Origin: Lobosporangium transversale
Taxonomy: Eukaryota
Direction of reading: 5' to 3'
Length of the DNA stretch: 64,000 bases
Assembly: GCF_002105155.1 (NCBI RefSeq)
Contig: NW_019029005.1
Location: 62,001-126,000 of the forward strand
Made by a program: the position numbers and the translations under genes. Below the pieces are notes generated by a model that saw only the letters and a list, made by a program, of their open reading frames with translations, was not told the origin of the DNA and did no database searches. Below are positions 51,056 through 64,000 of the stretch, piece after piece. Numbering within the stretch: position 1 is the first letter of the stretch; every line of letters starts with the position of its first letter.

Positions 51056-52322
51056 TGTTCACTACAACTACTATGATCGTCCTTTAACATTGCCGCAACG
51101 ACTTAATAGGACCGCTGGGCAGTCCATTAGTGCTGCAAAACTGGTTAAAGTCCATAATGGAAATGTAGACATGAACAAGCCGGTGTTTTTGTACGCGAGA
51201 AATGTGATTGTTGTGTTCTACGATCTCTTTGATTTTTAAAATGCATTCAGTTTGAACTTGTAAAATAAGCCGGTTTCGGTACAGGGCGCAACCCAACCTC
51301 TCACAAAGAACGCATTTCATATAAGGCCATGAGCAGAATCGCTCTGCGTTCGGAGAAGGACAGAAAATAAACATGCTCCCATCCGCATTGGCGCCTGTAC
51401 CACGTCCTTCTAATCATAACATCTGTTATTAAAAAAGATGCATCCACCAACATCTCTACGGCTAAATTGAAAAAGAGATTGGTCATCAACGAGGAGGAGA
51501 GGATCTAGTATACCAACAATGCTATAATAGCTTTCGATGATTATAGGATATTCATTAAAAAAGGATCTCGTTACCAAACACGACTACTATTTACAATATT
51601 AATCTTGGTATGTTTGTCAAGTTCTCAGCTGGGGTTCCCATCAACACAAGACAAATATATGATAAAAATACAAGTCTCCAGGCGGATAGTTTGTTGTTAC
51701 GCCAAAAAAAAAAAATCTAAAATTATCTCATTCATTCATTTTTTTTTTTTTTTTTTTTTTTTTTGTTCCTTCCTTTGTGAGCACGCTTCTTAGAAGGAAA
51801 TTGTGATCATGGTGTCGGAATGTCTGCCGCCTAGTAAAAGGAAAAGAGGAATACACCATCACTATCCAAGGGGTTAGAACTTACTTCTTCTGAACATGTG
51901 GGGAAAACTAACTACTGAAATTATCCTTGACCAATTAGTGATAATCTGGCCCTGGATTTTTTTTATTTTTTATTTTTTATTATTTTATTCGGAACCTGTC
52001 CCGGATCTTCGAGAGAGGCGTAGGAAGAAGATTTTTTAGAGACAAAAACAATATTCACGCGGCCATTGAAAGAAAGATTACAAATGCAAACCTTAATATC
52101 TTTTCGAATAAAAAAAAGTAAAGGACTCTCATCCTCTCTCATCCTCTTTCTTTCCTTCCCCTATGTCTCGCTCACTTCTCTTGATTGATATGATAGATGG
52201 AGAGAGAGAGAGAGAGAGGAGAAAAGACATCAGAATGATAGTAAATGTAAAGGCATGAGATTATGAAGAGAGAGAAGAAATCATGCATGTATACTGCACA
52301 ATGCATCGCGAGCTCAAATACT

Positions 52323-52355
<33 letters not shown>

Positions 52356-53187
52356 TGTCGTGTGTATGTGAGAGCCCTACTTCGTGGTATTGACCAAATA
52401 TATATTTGATCGTTTGAGCTGACATCCCATTCTGGGTATCCAACTGGACTTTTTTGATCAATTTTTGCCCAGACGCTCAAATTCACGGTTAATTATTAAG
52501 TCTTGATCCTCAGAGGTTGCAGCGCCCCATGTAAGATTTGAAAATTGAGCATTGTATTCAACCCGAGCTGGCAGTAACTTTGTGAACAATCAAGATAATA
52601 GTAAGATAGACAAACCTCATGAAAAAAAAAAATAAAAAAAATAATAAAAAAAAAAAATAAAAAAAAAAAATAAAAAAAAATAAAAAATAAAATAAAAAAA
52701 AGGTTTATTGCATCGCCGTTCCTGGCCTGGCACTTACTTTTATTTTTATTTCTTTTCTTTTTACCGCCCACCTTCCCTTTCCCCCTTTCCTTACCCGACA
52801 AACTCTCAAAAAACCGCAGCTTTACGCTGTCCCTTCCTCTTGCGCTTGCACACCGCATTGACAACTTTCTTCCTCGGAAAACTTCCCTGTCTCTCATTCT
52901 CACTTAACGATCTCCTCCATTAACGGTTCCTTGCGTTATCATCACAAAATATTACATAGCCTATCGTAATTTTTGGCGTTCATTCTTCCTCCCCCTTTTT
53001 TTTTTTCCTCATCTAACTGCTTGTCTGCCTGCCTACTTGCCATCTCCAGAAAAAGTCTTAAATACTTTTCAACCTCCATTTGCATTTCTCGTCTTTTTCA
53101 CCAGACCCGAAATTTCACCTCTCTTCTCAGCTAAACACCATCGACACTTGGAAATCATTTTATTTTTTCCTCCTTCTTCTTTTGACA

Positions 53188-54634
53188 ATGGCAGCCGAAA
53201 AGAAGCCTATGCAGACCAAGAACAAGGTCTTGATCGCCGGTATCTCCCTCATCATTGTAGCCGGTATCGCCGTTGGTGTTTACTTTGGTGTCCACAAGAA
53301 CAGCAGCTCGAGTGAGAACAAGGCTAACGAGTCAATAGGCGGTGCAACGGTACCCCTACTACATCTGCACCGCCCACATCCACCACAGCTGTCACACCTC
53401 CGGATCAAAAGGGAACCATGATCAATGGTACCCTGTTCCCTTACTATAACTTGACTGGTGAGGCCCCCGCACCCGTCGGCTTCCTGGTGTAGTCTATACC
53501 ACCTGCAAGACCCCTGGAACGTACTCTATCTCATACGATGATGGCCCCTCTGAGGTAAGCCTCTAATATAATATGACTCTTATTGCTTTCTTACCTCTCT
53601 TAATCATCCTCATATTAAAAATCAAAGAGGCATGTCTTTTTTCAGACATGAAGATGGAGCCCAAATTTGGGTTTTGGCGTAGGAGGAAATATTCTATCCA
53701 TCCTCCTTTTTCTGATCTCCTAATTCTATCGAATTGACCTTTTTAATATTTTATTTATGGATCCTCAAAAAACAAAAACAAGAAAAAAAAAAAAAAAAAA
53801 AAAAAAGTGAAGGGCATTGTCCGCCCTATTTTTACAACGCTTTTTTTCCTTTCTTTTTCCACCCCCTATCTCCGGTCTCAGAAAAAAAATGTTTTTTTTT
53901 TTTTTTTTTTTTTTTTAACGCGTTGATTTGAATTGTTTACGAATTCCTGTTAATAGTACACGCACGAGCTCCTTGACATGCTTGACAAGGAGAATCTCAA
54001 GGTGACGTTTTTCGTGAACGGTAACAACCAAGGTTGTATTTATGATCCCAAAGTTCAATCAGTCCTCAAGCGCGCCTTTGAATCCGGTCATCAAATCGCA
54101 TCCCACACTTGGTCTCATCCTCAACTGCCTAAACTGTCCGTTGAAGGAATCACGACTGAGATGACGCGTTTAGAGCAAGCCTTCCAAGATATTCTGGGTG
54201 TCGTTCCCCGATATATGCGTCCTCCCTATGGCGCTGGAACATTCGGCCCTGCAGACACAGATGCCAAGGTTCAAACCACACTCAAGAATTTAGGTTATGT
54301 CATCACTACCTGGGATATTGCAACCACCGATGCGGATATTGATGATAACAATGCGGTCCATAAATTGTCTGATGAACAGTTGATGAAGGTGGAACAAGGC
54401 CAAGTCACTTCTGTGGTTGAGACGGGTCCAAAGGGCGCAACTCATATGCAGTTGATGCATGATACTTATATGCGTACAGTTCGATTGATGACTCCTTGGA
54501 CCATCAACTATGCCAAAAATTTGGGCTACAAGCTGGTTCCTGTAGCCACGTGCTTGGGAGACGAGGACCCAAGAACTTGGTACTCCCGAATCGGACCTCC
54601 TTCTCCTAATCCTCCTACCACCTGCACCAAGTAA
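53188..54634 (+). CDS. Carbohydrate esterase family 4 polysaccharide/chitin deacetylase with N-terminal TM anchor
   Basis: N-terminal KNKVLIAGISLIIVAGIAVGVYFGV; CE4 motifs SYDDGP, HTWSHP, RPPYG and LMHD; intron 53555-53956. Confidence 0.92.
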
Positions 54635-54712
54635 AAAAGTAAAAGGAAAAAAGTCAGAAGATAGAGAGATACATTTATGACCTAATTTAAGCAATTTTTA
54701 TTTATTAAAAAG

Positions 54713-54743
<31 letters not shown>

Positions 54744-56376
54744 AATGGTCGTTCTAATAGCCTCGTTACTACCTATCAGCACTGACAAAATCTTTGACGT
54801 AGACTGAGAGTTGAAGGTTTTTATTTGGAATCTTCATACATGTTGAAATATCTGGGAAGTCAAACCGGAAGCATTCAAATTGCAAGTGAAATGAACGAAG
54901 CAGCTATGATGTTAATGGTGAAGATAGTGGGTAGATCCTAAGGTTACAGTTGCCATGCCCACGTTGGAATCGTTCTAACTATGGAAGGGGAACCATTTAT
55001 GAAGCAAAGAATCAAGCCATATCTCACATAACAAAGAGAAAGAAGGGAGGACTCTGCATACATCCTATTTGATCCGCAAGGGCGCTGATGCCAAGCACTC
55101 TCTATCCTTCAATAGTAGCTTCTAGTTTAGATATAGCAGAACTATAAATATCAGGATTACTTTCCACGGATTTGACAAGGTTGCGAGAGTTCAATTGCAT
55201 GAGAGAAGCCCTAACAAGGTCTAGCGTTAATCCGAAAGAGCCTGATGGAAAATGTAAAAGGGTTAAAGTAGATAGTCCTTAATACAAGGTTGCCAAAACC
55301 TGGGTTTCCATATATATATATATATATATTTTGATCACATGACTTTTGGCGACGCGAATCACTATCTTATGCTTTTCAAAGACAGATTGCTATCGAGCGT
55401 GCCAAACTACACCAGGCGGGTGTGGATATACCGGATTGAACATAGGAGCAGTAGCGCTCACCGATGAGGAACCACATCGCTAACTTGAAATATACAACAC
55501 CTAATGCTCTCACTTTAATCTACACATAATCTACCGGTTGTGTATATTGATATCACATTCGGAACTTCAGACAATAGTTTCCTTAGGCGTAGTTGATTGG
55601 CTTTTAGATAACCCCATCTAGCAAATTAGATGAAGTCTATTCCTCATCACACCCTAGAAGATTCTTTGCTGTCCGTAATTTGGGGGCCCGTGCCGATCTC
55701 CTTCGCTCCTATCGCTTCTGTTGTGCTCAGTACTCACCGATGGGCCCCTATCTTCACTTCTACCAAACAATTTTGGTGGCTATATTAATGTACCAATATG
55801 CTACGACGTATGGAAAAAAAATGATGCTATTGTTGCTTTAACATTACTTGAACGAAGCGAGCCAACAATGGAATCACTCCAATACTTTATTCGCGTCCTT
55901 TCCGAGGTTGTTTTGCCCGTCAATAAAAAGGAGAATCATATGTTTAAAGCGTTGTAGACATATAGATACATTTGCATGTGTACGCTCTATTTGAGTAAGT
56001 GCTGGGCAATTCTGATGCCAGCCTCATCATTATGGTAGGACAGAGCTGCACACACATGAAGCAAGTATAACGCTTTATGAATGAGGATATGAGAATGTAT
56101 ACATGTAACCACGCAAGAGGCCAAAGAGGAGGCATAGGAAACTATTTTTATTTTATTTTCATCCCTTCTTGCATAGGGAGACATGGGAGTAAATGAGTGC
56201 TTTTGGTCCCATAAAGCTAGGCTGCATCACTACCATTACTTCTTTTTACAGGATTGGGTCGGTGTTTTTCATGTTGTGGATACAAAGGCTGACACGAATC
56301 CGTTGATCTCCCTCGATCTATACTCTGTCAATACTGAGATGGACAATTTGTAATGTAAGTTCTAAAGCCTATTCTT

Positions 56377-56410
<34 letters not shown>

Positions 56411-58910
56411 AGGGGGGGGGAGTGTTCTATAGGAGCGAACGAGTGAAAAAAAAAAGAGTCTGGAACCTACGCTTCCAAAGACTTTTCGGATTGGACTGGA
56501 GCAAAGGATGTTTTCCGAAAAGGGTCCTGTATAAGAAATGACAACATTGCATAGCAAAAAACCACATCTTTTTTTAGGTTCAAAGGCGTAAAATTTTCGT
56601 TGTTGAAGACAAAAAAAAAAAAAAAAAGAACATATGCTTGAGACCTATCATTTCTTTTTGTTCGAGCATCACCTAGGGAATTCAGGAGGTGACTCCTGCA
56701 TTCTCCTTGATGGATTGTGAGATCTAAAAAAGCTAGAAGGAATGTGGGTTCTTGTATCAAAACATTTCTCTAGATTGCCACATACCTTGGGTACTGAACC
56801 GTCGGTCCCCGTCATTATATTTCTTTTTATTCTCTCAAGGGTCCCCAGAAAATTGAAGTGGTCACTATTAACTTTAATTCGCCCAGTTTGTTTTCGTAGA
56901 GTCGCATGAAAATTATGCGAGGATAGCGATTTTATTTTTTGCGGGAATGGTATATATAATTGGGTGCCAACAAGTGACATGCAGCTGAGACGGGACGTTA
57001 GAGAGGAATCAAAGCAACAACAAACACTGAATGCCCCTTGTATTTAATGTACCCTTGAATCAGTCCAATGGTCTATACCAACGGGTTCGCCTTTTCGCCT
57101 CTCTTTGAAAACAATGGACTCCCTCCTCCTTCCTCCAAGAGTGTTACTAGCCTGTCGATGCTATGTTTTCTAGCACGCCAAGGCGCTAGGGCGCCACCAT
57201 TCTTTTTTTATGACACGGACCGAGCGTTTACATACAAACCTTATAAAAACAGCTCTCTCACACCACTCGATCAAGATGCGTTCGACTTCCATGTTACACG
57301 CCGTTACTTCTTTATCACCACGGAAGGGGCTAATTAGCACGAGAGCTTGTAATACCGCCTAATTAATCATCAATGGTTTGTACCACAAAAACTCGTATAT
57401 CATATTAAAGTCGAAAAGATCGACACTGAAAAAAAAGAGTACTTCTGAAACCCTGCAGGACAGGACGTTACATCGCGCGCTCCCGCAACCAGTAACCTGC
57501 AGCATTATATTATCCTTAACCGCCCACTACAAAGGGATCCAGACTGGTTTCTATTTGTTGCAGCTATTGGTGCAATTATATGCATACTATTTTTTTTTTT
57601 TTTTAGATCGGATTTTTTGTAGTTGCCCCGTGCACGAAGCAACACTAAAGCGTGTTCCCTGACTCAGAGATTGCTCATGATTCTAAGAACGGTACTTCAA
57701 TTGTCATGGCTAAAAGAATAAGCTACTGGCAGATTATTAGGTTAGCATATAGGAGAAAGCCTTGTTTGCTCTGTGTTATATTATGAATTCAACAAACCAA
57801 AAATTTGAGAAACTTTATACACTCATATCCAGACAAGACAAAATAAGTGAAACAAAGAAGTAGATCTGGTTCCTCTATTTTCCAAGCAAGGCTCATCATG
57901 GCCAATTTGAGGTGGTATGTCACATTCAATTGAGCAATACTTTGATCTTCAAGGATGTGCACGCACAATCCCGAGGTTTAAATAATACAAACGGTTTTTA
58001 TTTATTTTATCCTCTTTTATTTTTGTTATTGATATTATCATTACTGTCCTCAAAGCGAAACGGATCGTAATTACCCACATGGCATAAAGGAACTGTGTGT
58101 TGGCATGTTCCCTTTTTTACGAATTGTAGAAAAAACCTGAAATATATACCATCATCGACGCTTTCTATAGAACTCATATGTGGTATATCGGTATATAATT
58201 TAATAATGATGGGGATGTTAATGATTATAGATGAGAGAGCCAATGAAATAACAAAACCGCATCAAGTCATCAGTCAGGTTAGAAAAAATGGGTCAAAGAC
58301 TCGTGCTAAGTATGGGCAGAGTCTAATAGTGAGCCTTACTGATTAGATTTGGATCCCATACCGAACAGTTCGCGTCAATGAAAATGAAATGAGGATATTC
58401 AATACATCCCTTGGGGTACCTGTCAAGGACTCCAAATAAAAAAATAATAACAGTAAAAGTTCGTCGAGCGGGCATTAGTCCATTCCTAACCACCCAAGAA
58501 ATGATTCTAAAAAAGTAGGAACCTGCTCATGGCGGAATAACTTTAAGCAACGCGCCAAAATATTCTCCTTTATCCTCAATACTTTAGTAGGCCTTCCCGC
58601 TACTGTTTCGGCTGATGCGTAAAAAACAATAATGCCCCAGGTCCTTTCGTCTGTTTGTTTACACCTTTGTCCGTTGTTTGTTTTAGACTATCTCTGAACA
58701 TTACAATTTGGAGCAGACATTAATGCAAAAAAGGATACTCACTACGTATATCCCGCCGATCCAGATCCATGGCATGCATGATCTTATATGCAGTGCTGTG
58801 AGAGACACATGTCTGTACCAATGATGTGCCTTTTGCGTTATTGAACTCAATGTTGCTCGACATGCAAAATCTGTCAACCGTGCTGTCTCCTTCCTTTTTC
58901 TACTCTCTCC

Positions 58911-58944
<34 letters not shown>

Positions 58945-60254
58945 ATTTCTAACTAGTAATAGTATTCCTGCCTGTGTTCGATATTGCTCTCTGATGAAAT
59001 AAATAAATAATATATTTTTAAAAAAAAAAAAGCATCGCAGGCTCCGTTGTTATGATAAGTTTTCAGGCTTCTAGTGTGTCCATTTCCAGAAGCGCATGAT
59101 CGTCGTACCAAATTGATATCTGTTCTATTGTTGAATATGTCGAAATTTGATATTTCTCTTCTTACGAAACCATCTGCTGACATCTCATTGCAAACAAACA
59201 AATAGTTGATAATAACCTACCCATCAAATGTTTATGGCTTTGCTTCTACCCCTTTATGTTCACAATTTCAAAATGGGTGCCAACCTACAATGACGGGAAA
59301 CAGAGAGCGTCTCCCCATGTAAGGAGGCTGCCAATTGGGAGAGGCACTCCCAACGCTTGAAATATATAAATTAAGGGATCATTGTCCATAAAAAAAAAAA
59401 TCTACTGCTACCTAAACCTGATCGCGATCAATCTATATTTTCTTCTCTCCCATCCTCTTCTCAAGAAGTCTGAACATCATTTGTCAACTGTTGCATGCGC
59501 ATTTCTTGTCTGGTTGGACATTACATCGCTGCATTTATTACTCATCTCCGTTGCTAATTGGTCAATTACTGCTTCATATCTCCTTTTTCTCTCTTTCTCT
59601 TTCGCTTATAACCTCAGTCTCTCTTCCATTTCACAATATCGTGCCCTTCATCAATTCTTCTGATCATCTCTTTCTCTTCTTCTCTCTTTTGAGCTTATCG
59701 ACGATATATACGACATACATTCATAACTTTTAACAGCTACGAAGTATTCAAAACAACCGAGACTAAGACGTCTCTTAAGGATAGGAATTTTGATATATTT
59801 ACGAAACCCAACGCGCCTATTTTTTTTTTTTTTTTTTACTTTCGGAGATAAAACGTCTGTATTTCAGCATCTCCAAAAGGTAAGATAAGCGCGTTTTTAT
59901 TCCTCCTTCCTAGGATTTAAAAAAGGTATAAAAGATATAAACCAAAGGCTCTCTGCGACTACCATTTACTCATTCATAGCTCCATCTTTCCTCCCTTTTT
60001 TTTTTTCCATTTTTTATATCCTATCCTCACTCATCTCATCTGTCATCTGTGTAATCTTATTACCACATCAACTTGGCCTTTCCTTTTCTTGCATAAATGC
60101 ATGTTGTACACGTAAAAAAAAAAAAACCAAATCATCTGCACTATTGCGCATAATTTCGTTGCACATTTCATATTTTTTTTCCGTTACATTCTTTTTTTTT
60201 CGTGTCACAGCAAAACTTCCTCCCTCTTTCACGAGTCATAATCACAAAAGAAAA

Positions 60255-61675
60255 ATGTCCGTGCACGCGCACCGAAGCTCCAAGATCGTATCAGATGCCC
60301 TGATTCACCCTGGTCATCCCTGTCAAAAGCAATCTAACTCGCATGCAGCTTCAATGGCGACAACGATAACGGAAACAACATCAGCAACGTCAAGGGTTTC
60401 GATCAAGTCACTCTCTTTGAAAGATTTTTTATCACCTGAAACTCGAGCTGGTTTCTTGATCGAAATGCGTGAGTCCTTGATGGAGATCGGTACATTTTAC
60501 ATCAAGGACCATGGGATCCCTCCGGAGCTAACGGCTAGCGCTATGAAGGTTATCCAACAGTACTTTGCTTTGCCGCTCAATGAGAAGAAGAAGATGTTGA
60601 TTGGCAACAGCCGTCACTTCCGAGGTTACAAACTTATCGGTATGCCCTCTCTCAATGTTTTTTATTTTTATTTTTATTTTTTCCTTTAACCATAAAGGGA
60701 TATGATACTTGCGTTTGGTTTTTTTATTCTGACTCGGTATCTTTCATAATAAAATATTTGAATCCTTGTAGGCCAAGAGTTTACCAATGATCAGGTAGAT
60801 CATCGTGAGCAGCTTCAATTTGGGCCTGAACGACCTGTGATCGAATCCTTCAAGCCGACCATCTCACCTGACTATGAAGGTCTACAAGGTCCTAATCAAT
60901 GGCCCGCAAGTACGTTAGCTTGCCTTCCAGATTTTAAATCCTGCGTCCTTGAATTCATGAATCAACTCGAGATCCTTTCTCAGAATTTAATGGAAGCTAT
61001 TGCGCTTTCGTTGGGTTTGGAGGATGCATCTTATTTCCGAACCCTCTTTGGAGAACAACCTTACTATCGCCTCAAATGTGCAAAATATCCTTCGGTTGAT
61101 AAGCCCAAGACCATCGGTTGTGGAGCTCATAAAGACACGGGATTTTGACAGTGCTTTTACAAGACATGGTCGGTGGTCTACAAGGTCAAGATCCTGTCAC
61201 AGGTCAATGGATGGATACTCGTCCAATACAGGATACATTCATTGTCACATTGGGTGAATCGATGGAGAAGCTGACCGGCGGGTTGTACCATGCTACTGTA
61301 CATCGTGTGTTGAATAACACCTCGGGTCAGGATCGTTACAGCATCCCCTTTTTTTATGATCCGGCCTTGGATGTAAAGGTTCCTCATTACATCCCAGGTC
61401 TGGATTCGACGGGATCAAAAAAGCAGTCTTTGAAAAATTCTCGGTCTACTACCAGTATGTCTGTCTTTGCCTCGGATGCAGAGACAGGCCCAAGTTCAGA
61501 TGATGACGATTTGGAGAGATTGATGGACACACTAGATATCAATCATACCTCTTCTTCCTTCATCAGTAGCCCTGAAGGTTGGAGTAACGGTGATCATATC
61601 TTTGAGACCGTTCACAAATGTCATCCTGAAGTCTACACCCGCTGTATGGACAAGGAGCTTAAAATCCTGTCATAA
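60255..61675 (+). CDS. 2-oxoglutarate/Fe(II)-dependent oxygenase, IPNS/DIOX_N-like
   Basis: GTFYIKDHGI, FALPLNEK, HFRGY, GPNQWP, HxD (AHKDTG), ATVHRV and RYSIPFF; intron about 60640-60771; T-run indel near 61143. Confidence 0.92.
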
Positions 61676-61918
61676 CCTGCATCGCCTCATGACCAATCAT
61701 AGTCACTCTGCATGCTACCCAGAGAAACATGATATGGTCCGCCTTTATATTCCAAGCATATTAGTTATATACCTTATCATTTAGCATTTGAATCAAATAT
61801 ATGAAAAAACACACCATTGACCGAAATAGGGCATTTATTTTGGACATTTTTATGGATTGTTGGAATGATTGACAGTACCACCATGAAGCGTAAACAAGGC
61901 ATTTTATTTTGATTCGAT

Positions 61919-63657
61919 TTAAACCTTGAAGCCGCGGGAGGCACGACGACCACGAGCCTTCTCGAACTTACGACCCTTGCTCTGGACATAGGGCTTGGCA
62001 TGCTTGCCAGGACCCATGCCAAAGTGCTTGACGGCCTCACGGGTGTTCTTCTTGCCACGGAGCAAGACGGTGTTAGCACCAGTGGGGGCACGGAGGGCGA
62101 GCTGATCGAGGGTGATGACCTCACCACCAGCCTTCAAGACACGAGCCTTGGCCGACTTGGTGATGCGCAAGCAGGCGATCGACAACTTGGGGACCTCCAA
62201 CAGACGGATGTCATCAGTCACGGAGCCAACGACGACAGCAGTCTTGCCTCCCTTTCCTGCCATGTTACGAGCAATGCGGGAGATGGACATGGGGGACGGT
62301 TGACGCGCGACATAAAGAGACGCTTCAAGACGACCTTGTTGAAGGCAGAGTCCGTACGGCGGGCAAGGAATCTGTAGAGCTATTATCGAGTTTGCAGCGA
62401 AGAAAAAAAAGCATGTCAGAGGAAATTTCATGTAGTTACGACTCCACTGTTTTAAAAACAGTGTGAAAATTTTTGCGATGCCGCTGAATAACATCAATGT
62501 ATTAAAGAAATACTGGTTGTTTCCTTGACGAGTATCTTTAAGTTGGCTGTTGAGTGTTAAATACTGGGACTGATAGGGTTGTTTTACTAATATTTATAAA
62601 AAGGGTTTGCACTGCATGAAAGCTAATCCTGAAACATTGTTCTGTAATAAGATTGAGGATGCTGAACTCTCCTGAATCAGTAATTTACAGTCGAAGTTTA
62701 ATTCCTCTGTCTGGATGATGTCGCTTTGGTATGCCTTAAAACTTTTTTTTTTTTTTTTTTTTTGATTGGGCGAACATCTTCGAAAAAGGATATGATCGTT
62801 GCCTTATATCTCTGCGCTCCAGAATCATAACAAATGTGACGTGTAGAGGTCGTTTGATATATGATAGTCTCTCCAGCTCGAGAAACTCAAAAAAAAAAAA
62901 AAAAAGCTGCTTCATACCTTGACGAGCAACAACAAGTAAACGTCTCCAGACTTGGGAGCCTGGCGGTTCTTGTTGCGAACTGGTGCTTCTTAATGTCAAT
63001 ACCCTATCAATTATAATCAATTGGATAAACATAAAAAAAGAGAGAGTATCCTGATTAGCCTTTCAAGATCATAGCCCATCACTATTTATTGAAGTTGTTC
63101 CCAAGATTATCCCTGGCGAATGGGTAGATCTGCATAGCTTCTTCCTGGATTTTTAAAAAATCGTGTCGATTGATGTAGTCCTTTGATTCTTTTTATGTTG
63201 TTGTATGTACAAGGTGTTTTATCTTGTTTTATTGATTCAGCACTGCTGCATTGGCAATCAAAGTAAGCCAAGTTTGGTCAAAATCTTTGAATAGTAATCC
63301 AGACAAACTGAAGGAAGATACTCTAGTGTTGATCCCTCATCTGAACAGATCTTTGTTGCAGGGCTCATTTTTCTGCAAAAGCTTGCATTCCATTGTAACG
63401 TCTATAATGCCCTTCTAAGCATTTGATGGAAGGTAAATAAAAAAAGAGAATGGGATCATGCAAGATGTCGACGGAAGTTGCAAAATCAAAGTTCCAGAAC
63501 ATGTCTCTGAAAAAAGACTAGGCAAAAAGCCATCTCGAGTCGTTTTATTGAGATATGTGATCGATGGTTGGCAAATATTGCTGGATGTGCCTATGGATGT
63601 AATTATTTGCCATTGATAGAGCTCTCTATAATGAATGGATGGGTGACTGCTAACCAT
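61919..63657 (-). CDS. RPL18: 60S ribosomal protein L18 (eL18)
   Basis: Inferred ATG-only exon 63655-63657 (TTCAAAATG|GTTAGC), exon 2 63003-62918 ([27 protein letters not shown]), exon 3 62379-61919 ([25 protein letters not shown]...[16 protein letters not shown]). Confidence 0.96.
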
Positions 63658-64000
63658 TTTGAAGTTGAACTGGTTCAGAGAAGGAATCAAATGCACTGCA
63701 CTTTGTGCTCAATAATAAATTCGTCTCCTTCAGTGACACCCTTAAGTCACTCCAATCCATTTCTAATGACACAAATTTTATTCTGTAATGTATTTTATAT
63801 TTATATTTTTTGCCTTTGACGATAAATCAGGATATCCTCGTTAACAGATCAGCAACAGCAACCATCTGATCTTGTGACATTCATGATAAATGCCAGTTGT
63901 TCAAAAATTACTATTGTGTGGCCGCGGGTCATGGGCTTTTAAATTCTCTATTTCGGATCAAAATTGACGCGATCACGAAGATATTCTAGTAGATGATAAA

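Noticed and set aside
54780..58700. Degenerate coding-like fragments (LIRKGA recombinase-like, GVDIPD helicase-like, PWGTCQGL F-box/LRR-like words)
   Set aside because: Isolated short words amid stops; insufficient to call.
63846..63872. AGATCAG/CTGATCT hairpin and an alternative RPL18 ATG near 63863
   Set aside because: A 7-bp stem is expected by chance; the ATG at 63657 has better start context and donor.
1..64000. tRNA, rRNA or snRNA genes
   Set aside because: No T-loop GTTCGA with a cloverleaf or other diagnostic sequence was seen by eye; a covariance-model scan would be needed to exclude them.

Overview
Eukaryotic (fungal) genomic DNA: AT-rich, with GT-AG spliced genes and many long A/T homopolymers. 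The gene families (F-box/LRR relics, kelch-TM protein, 7TM protein, CE4 deacetylase) suggest Mortierellaceae/Mucoromycota; this is inference. The assembly carries frequent 1-bp indels, even in essential genes such as MPP10 and RPL18, so most frameshifts are treated as sequencing error and gene ends are approximate. Left part (1-19 kb): a SMAP/KNOP1-like gene, two paralogous J-domain-less DnaJ-type zinc-finger genes, a 7TM protein, a kelch-TM protein, two F-box relics, a chromodomain Ty3/gypsy relic and a LINE relic. Centre (19.9-34.8 kb): a compact MPP10-VTA1-ULP1-HGH1 block, then a large disordered protein with a zinc-ribbon island. Right part: a small PAH-like repeat protein, an Spt23/Mga2-like IPT-ankyrin factor with no visible membrane anchor, a membrane-anchored chitin/polysaccharide deacetylase, a 2OG-Fe(II) oxygenase and RPL18. 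I found no tRNA, rRNA or CRISPR array. Best novelty candidates: the zinc-finger paralog pair (PacC-type site cluster upstream of one copy, shared 3' motif in both), the PAH-like protein, the zinc-ribbon protein and the anchorless Mga2-like factor.
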